Source: Candidatus Omnitrophota bacterium
GTDB lineage: Bacteria; Omnitrophota; Gorgyraeia; Zapsychrales; Fredricksoniimonadaceae
Length of the DNA: 64,000 nt
Direction: 5' to 3'
Assembly: GCA_030650275.1 (NCBI GenBank)
Contig: JAUSEK010000021.1
Coordinates: forward strand, 20,106-84,105
The notes beneath the pieces were generated by a model. That model made no database searches, was not told the origin of the DNA, and was given only the letters and a program-made list of their open reading frames with translations. Shown piece after piece: positions 26,831-35,970 of the stretch (positions are counted from its first letter, which is position 1; each line of letters begins with the position of its first letter). A program made the translations under genes and the position numbers.

Positions 26831-29056
26831 CTAAAATTCCGGATTTACACCTGAAACTCTTTCTATTTTAATCTGGGATTCAGAATCTGGAATAAAATAT
26901 TCTATTTCTTGACCTGGATTACCGTGCAATTCATCTGCTGGCTTCACTTTAATATCTTTTACAGCAACAATCCTACCTTCAACAACAAATCTTCCTTTAT
27001 TTTGATCTGGCAGACCTAAACTACTTCGTGGATTTGGACTCAAACTGGGATTGATTGGTGTCCAAGAGGGGGCAAATGGTTCCGCTCCTTTTGCATCAAT
27101 ATTCTTATTCACATCTTTACCAATAATACGGTAAACTTTCTGTCCGACTGTAGGAGGACCATGCAATACTGCCTTTGCCTCTGCTTCACCAAGGGCTGTT
27201 TCAGTATTTTTAGTTAAACTGTTTTTAAATACAGACACCGCCTTATCTAAACTTTTTCTCCCTTCAGGTATATCCCGTATCACTTTAGAAGCCAGCTGAC
27301 CCGCTAATCCCTTCTCCATTCCGCCGGCAACCGCTGCCCAGGCCTTACCGCTTCCAACAAATATTCCCAGACAACTGATAGTTCTTTCTAAGCCACCTAA
27401 TCGTTCACCGGTAAACAGATCTTTGCCGCTCAAAAACTCATACATGGACACGACATTGCCAATGACCGGGATCGACCCGACCCCTAATCGCGCCGTACTG
27501 ATAAGCAAATCCCCGACGTTTACCTTCAATTGTGAAACATTGTCGGCATTATCGGATGGTATTGTATTCCCGAAAATCAGGCTTTGCGGGAATAACAGTT
27601 CTTCTTTTGTAATGCCATTTCTTTTTGAAACAGCCGCGACATTTTCAACAATATTTTCAAACTGATCGTATTCGATCTTTTTTGTCTCTTGAGAGGCCTT
27701 ATCTACGACCCTTTTCAAATCTTGGACCGTATCAATGTCCTTCTGAATTTGTTTCTTGATTTCAGGTAAGGGGGATTGTGCTGGATTAAGAAAAGCTTGA
27801 ACAGGAATCTGCCCACTATTAATTCTTGCGCGGGCATCTTGCTTGCATCGTTCAAAATTGTTTTCAGCTTGTTTATAACACCGCTTTTTTTCTTGATCAC
27901 AAATTTTAAATTCTTCCTTACAGTCACGCCAAATTTTATCGCAACTCTCCTTCTCATCATAAAACTGCAAATACTTGCACTTTCCCTCTTCAAATGACGC
28001 CAAAGCTCCTAAATAATCCTTCCTTGCCTTTCGAACCAAACCGTCAATCCCGGGATAATCCGGGTTTAGGGATTGGACTTTTTCGATTTGTTCTTTTAAA
28101 AATCTGCGGTAATAAATGGGGTCGCCGTACGCGGGAGCCTCGTCCGATCTGGCATAAATCTCATTCTCTTGGGGCAACAGGCGGGGAGCACAATAGGAAT
28201 TGTTTTCGCAAAAATCACCTTCATAGCTATTTTCCCAGGCACGGTACAAACATAAATACGATTCAAACAAAGCAGGGTCAATGTCCTGGGATCTCTTGCA
28301 TGACTCAATAAGGTGCTGGTGTCCTTCATTTTGATATTCGGTCCTTTGAATATAGGAAAACGCATCGTCAGGAAACCTTTTAATAAGCTCATCAAAAAAA
28401 TTCAATTCCTTGTTTGATCCAAGAAATTTATCATAACTTAATAGGTCCGCCCTTAATAAATATGCTTCTCTATAATGACCGTCGAGTTGGATCGCCCTTA
28501 ATAAATCCTGGCTTGGATCAAATGCATATTCATACCGCACAGGATAAGCATAGACATCAACCAATCTCCCGACGTCTTCATAGGCCCGTTTCAAAGATTC
28601 AGAGGATTCGGCTACGCCGCAAGAGGGGTGTTGAATGATCTCATCATAGACCGGTTTTAAAATACCCGAATTTCTTAAGTAATGGACATAGAAGAAACTT
28701 TGGAGTTTATGATTGTAAAATTTGATGCTGGCACAATCCCTGATGGCATCATCTAACAGCAGCAATTCAAAAGATAAAAGGGCCCGCCGATAATATGATT
28801 TCGGATCATTTGGTGATTTTTGGATCTCTCCCTTGGTTTTGGCAATATCGTGAAAAATGCCTGTGACCCTCTCTCTGAACAATGTCAGTAAAGCATCACT
28901 AGGATCGGCCGCTAAAGTATTGGTATTGTTTTTAGTTATTTCTTGCGGATCTGTTAACTTGGATTGGGGGGTATTGCCGGGTAAAAAAGCTGAGGCAAAA
29001 GCAAGGCCAGGATTAAAAAACAGGATGGTAAGAAACAGTTTGAAAACAAATCTCAT
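26831..29056 (-). CDS. Secreted polymorphic toxin: signal peptide, TPR-like region, PT-TG pre-toxin domain, ART-like C-terminal toxin
   Basis: MRFVFKLFLTILFFNPGLAFA signal; IPVIGNVVSMYEFLSGKDLFTGERL (PT-TG); VYR...SWTP...QEIEY; ATG overlaps the mrdA stop. Confidence 0.72.
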   Translation of the reverse strand: MRFVFKLFLTILFFNPGLAFASAFLPGNTPQSKLTDPQEITKNNTNTLAADPSDALLTLFRERVTGIFHDIAKTKGEIQKSPNDPKSYYRRALLSFELLLLDDAIRDCASIKFYNHKLQSFFYVHYLRNSGILKPVYDEIIQHPSCGVAESSESLKRAYEDVGRLVDVYAYPVRYEYAFDPSQDLLRAIQLDGHYREAYLLRADLLSYDKFLGSNKELNFFDELIKRFPDDAFSYIQRTEYQNEGHQHLIESCKRSQDIDPALFESYLCLYRAWENSYEGDFCENNSYCAPRLLPQENEIYARSDEAPAYGDPIYYRRFLKEQIEKVQSLNPDYPGIDGLVRKARKDYLGALASFEEGKCKYLQFYDEKESCDKIWRDCKEEFKICDQEKKRCYKQAENNFERCKQDARARINSGQIPVQAFLNPAQSPLPEIKKQIQKDIDTVQDLKRVVDKASQETKKIEYDQFENIVENVAAVSKRNGITKEELLFPQSLIFGNTIPSDNADNVSQLKVNVGDLLISTARLGVGSIPVIGNVVSMYEFLSGKDLFTGERLGGLERTISCLGIFVGSGKAWAAVAGGMEKGLAGQLASKVIRDIPEGRKSLDKAVSVFKNSLTKNTETALGEAEAKAVLHGPPTVGQKVYRIIGKDVNKNIDAKGAEPFAPSWTPINPSLSPNPRSSLGLPDQNKGRFVVEGRIVAVKDIKVKPADELHGNPGQEIEYFIPDSESQIKIERVSGVNPEF

Positions 29057-30744
29057 ATGATCCCTTGGCTTTGCATGCGCAGCAGGAGGTCGCGCGTCAG
29101 CAGGACCGCATTCGCGCTGGAGCCGCCATGTTCGAGGAAAACGCAGAAAACGATGCCGGCTTTGTCCGAACGCGCCCAGCCGGTGAGCCACGCGTGATTG
29201 GCCCTGCCTTCTCCGGCCTGGGCCGTGCCGGTCTTGCTCCAGATCTTCATGTTCGCCACGTCAGCAAGCGCGTGCGCCGTTCCTGCCTCATCGGTGACCG
29301 CGCGCCTTAAACCATCACGCACGACCGTCCACACGTTATCCCGCAGCCGCACGCGGGGCAATCGTTTAAGGTCCACTGGCGCCACGGGCTTATTGTCCAC
29401 CGCTTTCAAAAGCCGCGGACGCAGGATCAGCCCGTCGGAAGCGACCGCTGCCATCATCACGGCCAATTGCAAGGGTGTTGCCAGCGTTTCCCCCTGACCG
29501 ATGGACAAATTCAACGTATTGCCCTTATACCACCGGGTCACCCCGCCTGAAGGGCGGGACAGGTGTCCGCTGGATTCAAAGGGCAGGTCAATGCCTGTGG
29601 GACGGCCAAGCCCAAGGGCCCGGGCATATTGCGTCAGGTATTTGGGACCCGCCAACAACCCCAAATGAAAAAAATACACGTTGCACGAATGCGCGAGCGC
29701 GTCCCAAAGATCTTGCGTGCCGTGAACATGCGCGCATCCGAAACGCGTTCCGCCGAGCATATAATAACCGGGGCAATCAAATGACGCGTCAGGCGTGATC
29801 TTTTTTGTCTGTAAAGCCGCCGAAGCCACCACCACCTTGAACACCGATCCCGGCGGGAACTGTGCGTTGACCGCGCGGTTGATGAATGACGCCCCGCCAA
29901 CGGCGGGGTCCAGGTATTTCCGGATGTTTTGCGGATCAAAGGACGGGGAACTGACCAGGCCCAGGACATCGCCGTTGGACAGGTCCATCACCACCACCGC
30001 CCCGCGACGCCCGGCCAAAAACTCGTCGGCAGCCGTTTGCACGCGCGCATCAAGGGTCAATGTGATGTCCTTCCCCTTTTGCGGCTCCTTGATGCCCAAA
30101 AGCCGGACCTGCCGGCCCCGCGCGTTCACCTCGATCTGCCGGCCCCCGGACCGGCTGCGCAAAAGCGGATCGTAAAACCGTTCCACCCCGCTTTTACCGG
30201 TCGTACTTAAAGGCGTGTAGCCGTATTCGGCAAACGCGTCCGATTCGCCGGGATCCACCTTGCCCACATAACCCAGGGCGTGGATGCCTGCCGCGCCCAA
30301 CGGATAAACCCGTTCAAACCCTTTCTCCACGACCAGCCCCGGATACCGGAACCGGTTCTCTTCAACCGTGATGAGCGTCCTGCGGTCAATGTTCTCCGCC
30401 AACAGCACGGGCACGAACGGCGCCGTGCGCTTGCGGTCATACTGTTTTCTCAAATACCCGGGACTTTTATGGAGAACGCCGGAAAGAAAATTAAAAAGAT
30501 CGTCCCTGTCTTCCACTTCCTGCGCGATAACGCCCAGATGGAACGCCTGCCGGTTGTCCGCCAGCACGATGCCGTTACGGTCAAAGATCCTTCCCCGGGG
30601 GCCGTCGTCAGGGATGATCCGGATGCGATTGTTGACGCTTTGATCGTGATAATACTCGCCCCGGATGATCTGAAGATAGGACAAAGCGATGATGACGACG
30701 GCCAAAGCGGAAAAAACGATATTGCGCAAAATGTCTAAACGCAT
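29053..30744 (-). CDS. mrdA: Penicillin-binding protein 2
   Basis: PRGRIFDRNG, PPGSVFK (SxxK), SCN (SxN), KTGTAQ. Confidence 0.93.
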   Translation of the reverse strand: MRLDILRNIVFSALAVVIIALSYLQIIRGEYYHDQSVNNRIRIIPDDGPRGRIFDRNGIVLADNRQAFHLGVIAQEVEDRDDLFNFLSGVLHKSPGYLRKQYDRKRTAPFVPVLLAENIDRRTLITVEENRFRYPGLVVEKGFERVYPLGAAGIHALGYVGKVDPGESDAFAEYGYTPLSTTGKSGVERFYDPLLRSRSGGRQIEVNARGRQVRLLGIKEPQKGKDITLTLDARVQTAADEFLAGRRGAVVVMDLSNGDVLGLVSSPSFDPQNIRKYLDPAVGGASFINRAVNAQFPPGSVFKVVVASAALQTKKITPDASFDCPGYYMLGGTRFGCAHVHGTQDLWDALAHSCNVYFFHLGLLAGPKYLTQYARALGLGRPTGIDLPFESSGHLSRPSGGVTRWYKGNTLNLSIGQGETLATPLQLAVMMAAVASDGLILRPRLLKAVDNKPVAPVDLKRLPRVRLRDNVWTVVRDGLRRAVTDEAGTAHALADVANMKIWSKTGTAQAGEGRANHAWLTGWARSDKAGIVFCVFLEHGGSSANAVLLTRDLLLRMQSQGII

Positions 30745-30747
30745 ATT

Positions 30748-31233
30748 TTATAATTTGAATTTAACAACGATATTTCTTAATCCCTGAAAAACAAAGGTGG
30801 CCGCGACCATGGTCGTGACCAGTTGGGGTATTAAGATAAAGAACACGGCCTCCGTCAGGCGCACCTCATGCTGGCGCAGGCGCAGGACGGTTTCCAGGAT
30901 AAAACAACCCGTGACGACAAAGAAAGCGGCCATGGCCCGCGAAAAACGGGACCCCGGCTGGTAAATGTTCTTGCGGATATACGTGGCCAGGTAAGCCCCG
31001 GCGATATAGATAAAAAGATAGGTGCCGAACGGCTGTGGGCCGAACGCGTCGCGGATAAGCCCGGCAACAACGGCGGCCCAGATCCCGTAACGGATGCCCC
31101 AATATAGATTGCAAAAAATAACGACGAGGATGAGAAGTTCAGGCTTGCCCCACACGCCGACGGTATTATAAAGGACGAATTCGGCAAGAAAAAAAAGATA
31201 GGCGATCAGGGCGATAGCAGCGGCGCGTTTCAT
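30748..31233 (-). CDS. mreD: Rod shape-determining protein MreD
   Basis: KPELLIL, GLIRDAF, hydrophobic, directly upstream of mrdA. Confidence 0.8.
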   Translation of the reverse strand: MKRAAAIALIAYLFFLAEFVLYNTVGVWGKPELLILVVIFCNLYWGIRYGIWAAVVAGLIRDAFGPQPFGTYLFIYIAGAYLATYIRKNIYQPGSRFSRAMAAFFVVTGCFILETVLRLRQHEVRLTEAVFFILIPQLVTTMVAATFVFQGLRNIVVKFKL

Positions 31234-31240
31234 AGCGAAT

Positions 31241-31311
31241 GAATTATGGGGACACAATACTTAATTCAAACTTCGCATCCCTCAGAATTAAGTTTTGTGT
31301 CCCCATAATTC
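31241..31311. repeat. REP/MITE-like inverted repeat, copy 1
   Basis: GAATTATGGGGACACAATACTTAATTC-N17-GAATTAAGTTTTGTGTCCCCATAATTC. Confidence 0.88.
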
Positions 31312-31761
31312 CATAATCTCCTGTTCTTTCCGGCGCATGCGTTTAACATCTTCGGGCGAACGGTCATCGTAACCGCACAAATGCAAAATGCCGTGGACGA
31401 CGTAAAGGATGAGCTCGCGTTCAAAGGTATTCCCGTAACGTTTGGCATTGCGGGCCGCCACGGCAGGACAAATGATGATCTCGCCACCGGCTGTCACCCC
31501 CGAATGTTTTTGTCGGGGGTCCAGACATGTATGTTCTGGATTCCCGACAGAAGCATTCGGGAATGACAAAACATCCGTGACGTAATCATGTCCGAGGTAT
31601 TCGCGATTTAAGCGCCGCATGCGTTTCTCACCCACGAAAACAACGGATAGATCAGCAAAATTAAATTTTAATTTGCGGCAAGCGGACCGCAGGGCGGTTC
31701 GGACTTTTGGGACGGGAATAGGGATTTTTCTTTGGAAATTAGAGATGTTCTCATTTTCCAT
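31288..31761 (-). CDS. ybeY: rRNA maturation endoribonuclease YbeY
   Basis: LNREYLG..YVTDVLSF, VHGILHLCGYD. Confidence 0.92.
   Translation of the reverse strand: MENENISNFQRKIPIPVPKVRTALRSACRKLKFNFADLSVVFVGEKRMRRLNREYLGHDYVTDVLSFPNASVGNPEHTCLDPRQKHSGVTAGGEIIICPAVAARNAKRYGNTFERELILYVVHGILHLCGYDDRSPEDVKRMRRKEQEIMELWGHKT
31492..31568. repeat. Palindromic element inserted in frame in ybeY
   Basis: TGTCACCCCCGAATG...GGGGGTCCAGA-N9-TCTGGATTCCC...CATTCGGGAATGACA. Confidence 0.8.
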
Positions 31762-33103
31762 TTTCTTCTTTTTCCGGATATTTAATGCGGCTGTGGTACA
31801 TGGCTGTCAGGACACGGACAAAGGTCGCGGCGATGGTGTCGATCTCGCGCAGGGTCAGATTGCACTCGTCCAGCTGGCCGTCGATGAATTTATTGTTGAT
31901 GACCTTGTGCACGATGTCCCCGATCTTCTGCGGGGTGTGTTCATCCAGCGCGCGGGTCGCCCCCTCAACGGAATCAGCCAAAAGCACGATGGCTGTTTCC
32001 TTGCTTTGCGGCTTGGGGCCGGGATAACGGTAATCCTCTTCCCCCACCGGCCGGTCTTCCTCCCCTTCGGTCACGGCCTTCTGGTAAAAATAATGGATCA
32101 GGCTGGTGCCGTGATGCTCGGGGATAAAGTCCACGATGCGCCCGTTGAGTTTGTATTTCCGGGCCAGTTCAATGCCTTCCTTGACGTGGTTGAGGATGAC
32201 CAGACGGCTCATGGAAGGCTCGAGATCGTCATGCTTATTGCCCGTGACCATCTGGTTCTCGGTGAAATATTCGGGTTTGACCATTTTACCGATGTCGTGG
32301 TAATAAGCCCCGACCCTGACCAGAAGCGCGTGGGCCCCGATGGCATCCGCCGCGGTCTCGGCCAGATTGCTGACGATCAAACTGTGATGATAGGTGCCCG
32401 GCGCCTCGACGACCATGCGTTTTAAAAGCGGATGCGAAGAGTCCGACAGTTCCAAAAGCGTAAAATTGGTGATCTCGCCGAAGACCAGTTCAAAGATCTT
32501 CAGCGTTGCCATGACGAACAGCCCGGCCAAAAGGCCGTTGATGGCCAGCGGTTTAAGGATGTAAAGGACGATGTCCGCGTTGATGACGGGGTTGAGCAGC
32601 AAATAACAGCTGACCTGGACAAAGGCCACAAAAACCCCGGCGGTCAAAAACACACTGCGGTTGCGCGCCTCTTTCACCTTATAGACGCCGGCCAGGGAAC
32701 TCATAAAAAAGATCAAAAGGTCGGGCACGTTAAACCCGAGCATCAGTCCGCTTAAGGCCGCGCTCATGAACGCCATCATGAACGCCAATTGCACGTCGTT
32801 AAAAAGGAGCATGACCAGCATCGGCACCGCGGCCACGGGAAAATAATAAATCGAAAAAGCCGTCGTGGACCTTAGAACATAAGCGGAAAAGACCAGTACG
32901 GCCAGCAAAAGCCCCAGATGCAAAAATAAACGCGCCTCGGCGCGTTTATACAAAAACAAATGAAGTCCGAAAAGGAAAACGAAAAACGGGATGATCAAAG
33001 GCAGGCCGGAAAAATGGCAAAACACCGTTAAGGCCGCAAGGGTCAGGCCCAACATGACGATGTGGTCAACAGACAACGGCGATTGAGGACCGGTTTTATT
33101 CAT
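31751..33103 (-). CDS. 7TM-HD (HDIG) phosphohydrolase, PgpH-like
   Basis: APGTYHHS, YYHDIGK, EHHGT, LADSVE; located between phoH and ybeY. Confidence 0.88.
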   Translation of the reverse strand: MNKTGPQSPLSVDHIVMLGLTLAALTVFCHFSGLPLIIPFFVFLFGLHLFLYKRAEARLFLHLGLLLAVLVFSAYVLRSTTAFSIYYFPVAAVPMLVMLLFNDVQLAFMMAFMSAALSGLMLGFNVPDLLIFFMSSLAGVYKVKEARNRSVFLTAGVFVAFVQVSCYLLLNPVINADIVLYILKPLAINGLLAGLFVMATLKIFELVFGEITNFTLLELSDSSHPLLKRMVVEAPGTYHHSLIVSNLAETAADAIGAHALLVRVGAYYHDIGKMVKPEYFTENQMVTGNKHDDLEPSMSRLVILNHVKEGIELARKYKLNGRIVDFIPEHHGTSLIHYFYQKAVTEGEEDRPVGEEDYRYPGPKPQSKETAIVLLADSVEGATRALDEHTPQKIGDIVHKVINNKFIDGQLDECNLTLREIDTIAATFVRVLTAMYHSRIKYPEKEENGK

Positions 33104-34065
33104 ACACGCTTGTTGTTGGTGTCCCCATTTTTACCATACGCCTCAATGATCTTCTGCACCAGGTCATGGCGGACGGTGTCTTCGCTGGTCAAATGGATGA
33201 ATTTGATCTCCGGCACGCCCGCCAGCACCCGCTCGGCTTCAGCCAGGCCATGAGGCCCGGCATTGGGCAGATCGCTTTGGGTGACATCGCCGGCGACGAC
33301 GACCTTGGAATCAAATCCCATACGGGTCAAAAACATTTTCATCTGGTCGGGCCGGCTGTTCTGGGCCTCATCCAGGATGACAAAGGCCTCGTTGAGCGTG
33401 CGGCCGCGCATGAACGCCAAAGGCGCCACCTCAATGATGCCCTGTTCGCTGTACTGCTCGACCTTTTCCGGTTCCATCATGTCGTAAAGCGCGTCATATA
33501 AAGGCCGCAAATACGGCAAGACCTTCTCGACCATATTGCCGGGCAAAAAACCGAGATTTTCTCCCGCTTCCACGGCCGGACGCGTCAGGATGATGCGGCG
33601 CACCAGGCCTTTTTTCAGCGCGTTGACCGCCATGGCAATGGCCAGATAAGTTTTGCCCGTCCCGGCGGGACCGATGCAAAAAACAAGGTCATAGTTTTTG
33701 ATGGCCTCCACATATTCGATCTGCCCCTTGGTCTTGGGGGTGACAAGGCCGCCTTTGACCGAAACTTCGATCTTCTCCTTGGCGAGGCGCTTGAAATCAA
33801 TTTCTTTCTCTTTATCCACCAGCCGCAGGGCATAAACGATGTCGGCTTTCTTGACATCCTTGCCCCGCTCGACAAAGGTCATCAGGTAAGAAAAAAGTTC
33901 GCTGGCCCTTTGCGCCTGCGGCTCCTGGCCGACGATCTTGATGCCGTCCTCGGAACGCAGGATGCGCACGCCGAGTTCTTTCTCGATCAGTTTTAAATTC
34001 TGGTCGTAGCGGCCGAACAGCAGTTGGAGATGCTGGTTATTGTCAAACTGAAGGCGGAATTCCAT
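33100..34065 (-). CDS. phoH: PhoH-like ATPase
   Basis: GPAGTGKTYLA, RPAVEAGE, RGRTL, DEAQN. Confidence 0.95.
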   Translation of the reverse strand: MEFRLQFDNNQHLQLLFGRYDQNLKLIEKELGVRILRSEDGIKIVGQEPQAQRASELFSYLMTFVERGKDVKKADIVYALRLVDKEKEIDFKRLAKEKIEVSVKGGLVTPKTKGQIEYVEAIKNYDLVFCIGPAGTGKTYLAIAMAVNALKKGLVRRIILTRPAVEAGENLGFLPGNMVEKVLPYLRPLYDALYDMMEPEKVEQYSEQGIIEVAPLAFMRGRTLNEAFVILDEAQNSRPDQMKMFLTRMGFDSKVVVAGDVTQSDLPNAGPHGLAEAERVLAGVPEIKFIHLTSEDTVRHDLVQKIIEAYGKNGDTNNKRV

Positions 34066-34071
34066 CGTTGA

Positions 34072-34560
34072 CTATTCCCCGGCGGGAATGGTGAGCACGG
34101 TACCCGGCCTGACAAAATTTGGATTTTTCAATTTGTCCTTATTGGCCTCATATACCCTGGTCCATTTGCCGTAAGAACCGTAGAATTTCTTGGCGATCTT
34201 CTGCAGGGTGTCGTCCTTTTGCACCGTATAGGTCACGCTTTCCCCGGAGCCGGAAACGGCAGGGGGCGCCGGCACATCCTCCGGCTGATCCGCGGCAACG
34301 GCTTGTGTCGTGGTCTGGGACGCCGTCTCCCCGGCCTTCTTGGCTTTGGGAACGGACGCGGGTTTGCTCACCTCCAGGACATACACCTTGCGCGTCTTTT
34401 TCTCCGGCTCCTGATAGGTCCCGGAACCGGTCAAAGATCCCGCGTTGCCCGATGGCCCGATATCCACGCGGTCCTTGGTCATCACATAGGTCTGCGCTTT
34501 AATACCGCAACCGGCGGCGAAAATAACGGCCAAAACCAGGAACAAAAATCTCTTAAACAT
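34072..34560 (-). CDS. LysM-domain lipoprotein
   Basis: Lipobox AAGC; YTVQKDDTLQKIAKKFYG...IYEAN-like LysM. Confidence 0.88.
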   Translation of the reverse strand: MFKRFLFLVLAVIFAAGCGIKAQTYVMTKDRVDIGPSGNAGSLTGSGTYQEPEKKTRKVYVLEVSKPASVPKAKKAGETASQTTTQAVAADQPEDVPAPPAVSGSGESVTYTVQKDDTLQKIAKKFYGSYGKWTRVYEANKDKLKNPNFVRPGTVLTIPAGE

Positions 34561-34581
34561 TTAATTCTCCTTTGTTAATGC

Positions 34582-35970
34582 CTATTTTTTAACCGGCGCG
34601 CAAACCAAACCCAATTCCTTCAATTGCTTCACATCCACCTCCGACGGAGCGTCCGTCATCAGGCATGTCCCTTTTTGCGTCTTGGGAAAAGCGATGCAGT
34701 CACGGATGGATCCGTTGCCCGTCAGGATGGTGACGATACGGTCAATGCCGTAGGCCACCCCGGCGTGCGGCGGCGCGCCGTACTCAAAAGCGCGCAACAG
34801 GAAACCAAAGCGCTTCTGCGCTTCCTGGGGGTGTAAACCGATGATGTCAAAAATCTTTTGCTGTAACTCCCGGCGATGGATACGCACCGAACCGCTGCCG
34901 ATCTCATGGCCGTTAAGGACCAGGTCATACGAACGGGCGCGCACCTTGCCGTACTCCCCTTTTTCCAAAAGAACGACATCGTCCGGATGGACGGACGTGA
35001 ACGGGTGATGCTCGCTCTCCCACCGCTTTTCTTCGGCATTATACTTCATTAAGGGAAAGTCCACAACCCAAAGAAAAGAAAAACCATCCTTGTCTTTGCG
35101 GATGTCCGGCTTGTCGCTCTTATATTTGGCCATGGCTTCGGCATGGGTCATGCGCGCGAACGGAACAGGCAGGTCAATGTTCAAAACATCCTTGAATACT
35201 TTCTGATAAAGCCGCTCAGTGAGGCCGAAAACGAACTCCTCATCCACAAAGGACATTTCCATGTCCAATTGCGTGAATTCCGGCTGACGGTCGGCGCGCA
35301 GGTCTTCGTCGCGGAAACACCTGACGATCTGGTAATAACGGTCCATGCCGGAGACCATCAGGATCTGCTTGAACAATTGGGGCGACTGCGGCAGGGCGTA
35401 GAAACTGCCCGGTGTCAAGCGTGACGGAACAAGGAAGTCACGCGCGCCCTCCGGCGTTGATTTCGTCAACACGGGGGTCTCGATCTCGGTAAAATTTTCA
35501 TTGTCCAGAAAAGCGCGCATGGCCGCACACAGTTTATGGCGCAAGATCAGCGAGTCTCTTACCTTCTTGCGGCGGATGTCCAAATAGCGGTAGGTCAGGC
35601 GCAGGTCTTCGGAGGCCTCGATATTGTCGTCGATCTCAAAGACAGGCACCTTGCTGGTATTGAGGATCTCCAGGTCCTTGGCCAAAAGCTCAATGTCACC
35701 GGCAGGGACATCAGGATTGACATTTTTGGGCGGCCGCACATTGACCGTGCCCGTGATCCTGACCACGAATTCCGGCCCCAGTTTTTGCGCCTCTTCGTGG
35801 GCCTTGGGGCTGACCGACGGGACGAACACCACCTGTGTGATGCCGTAACGGTCGCGGATATCAATGAAGATGAGTTTGCCGTGGTCGCGCCGGCGATGCA
35901 CCCAGCCGCACAACACCACTTCTTGATCTTTCAGGGTCTTGTTCAATTCACCGCACGTGTGCGTTCTCAT
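34582..35970 (-). CDS. aspS: Aspartate--tRNA ligase (short, lacks GAD domain)
   Basis: MRTHTCGEL, LPQSPQLFKQ, FRDEDLRADRQPEFTQ, GAPPHAG. Confidence 0.96.
   Translation of the reverse strand: MRTHTCGELNKTLKDQEVVLCGWVHRRRDHGKLIFIDIRDRYGITQVVFVPSVSPKAHEEAQKLGPEFVVRITGTVNVRPPKNVNPDVPAGDIELLAKDLEILNTSKVPVFEIDDNIEASEDLRLTYRYLDIRRKKVRDSLILRHKLCAAMRAFLDNENFTEIETPVLTKSTPEGARDFLVPSRLTPGSFYALPQSPQLFKQILMVSGMDRYYQIVRCFRDEDLRADRQPEFTQLDMEMSFVDEEFVFGLTERLYQKVFKDVLNIDLPVPFARMTHAEAMAKYKSDKPDIRKDKDGFSFLWVVDFPLMKYNAEEKRWESEHHPFTSVHPDDVVLLEKGEYGKVRARSYDLVLNGHEIGSGSVRIHRRELQQKIFDIIGLHPQEAQKRFGFLLRAFEYGAPPHAGVAYGIDRIVTILTGNGSIRDCIAFPKTQKGTCLMTDAPSEVDVKQLKELGLVCAPVKK

Noticed and set aside
29057-29191. N-terminal extension of the toxin ORF
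   Set aside because: Overlaps mrdA; the signal peptide and ATGA coupling point to 29056
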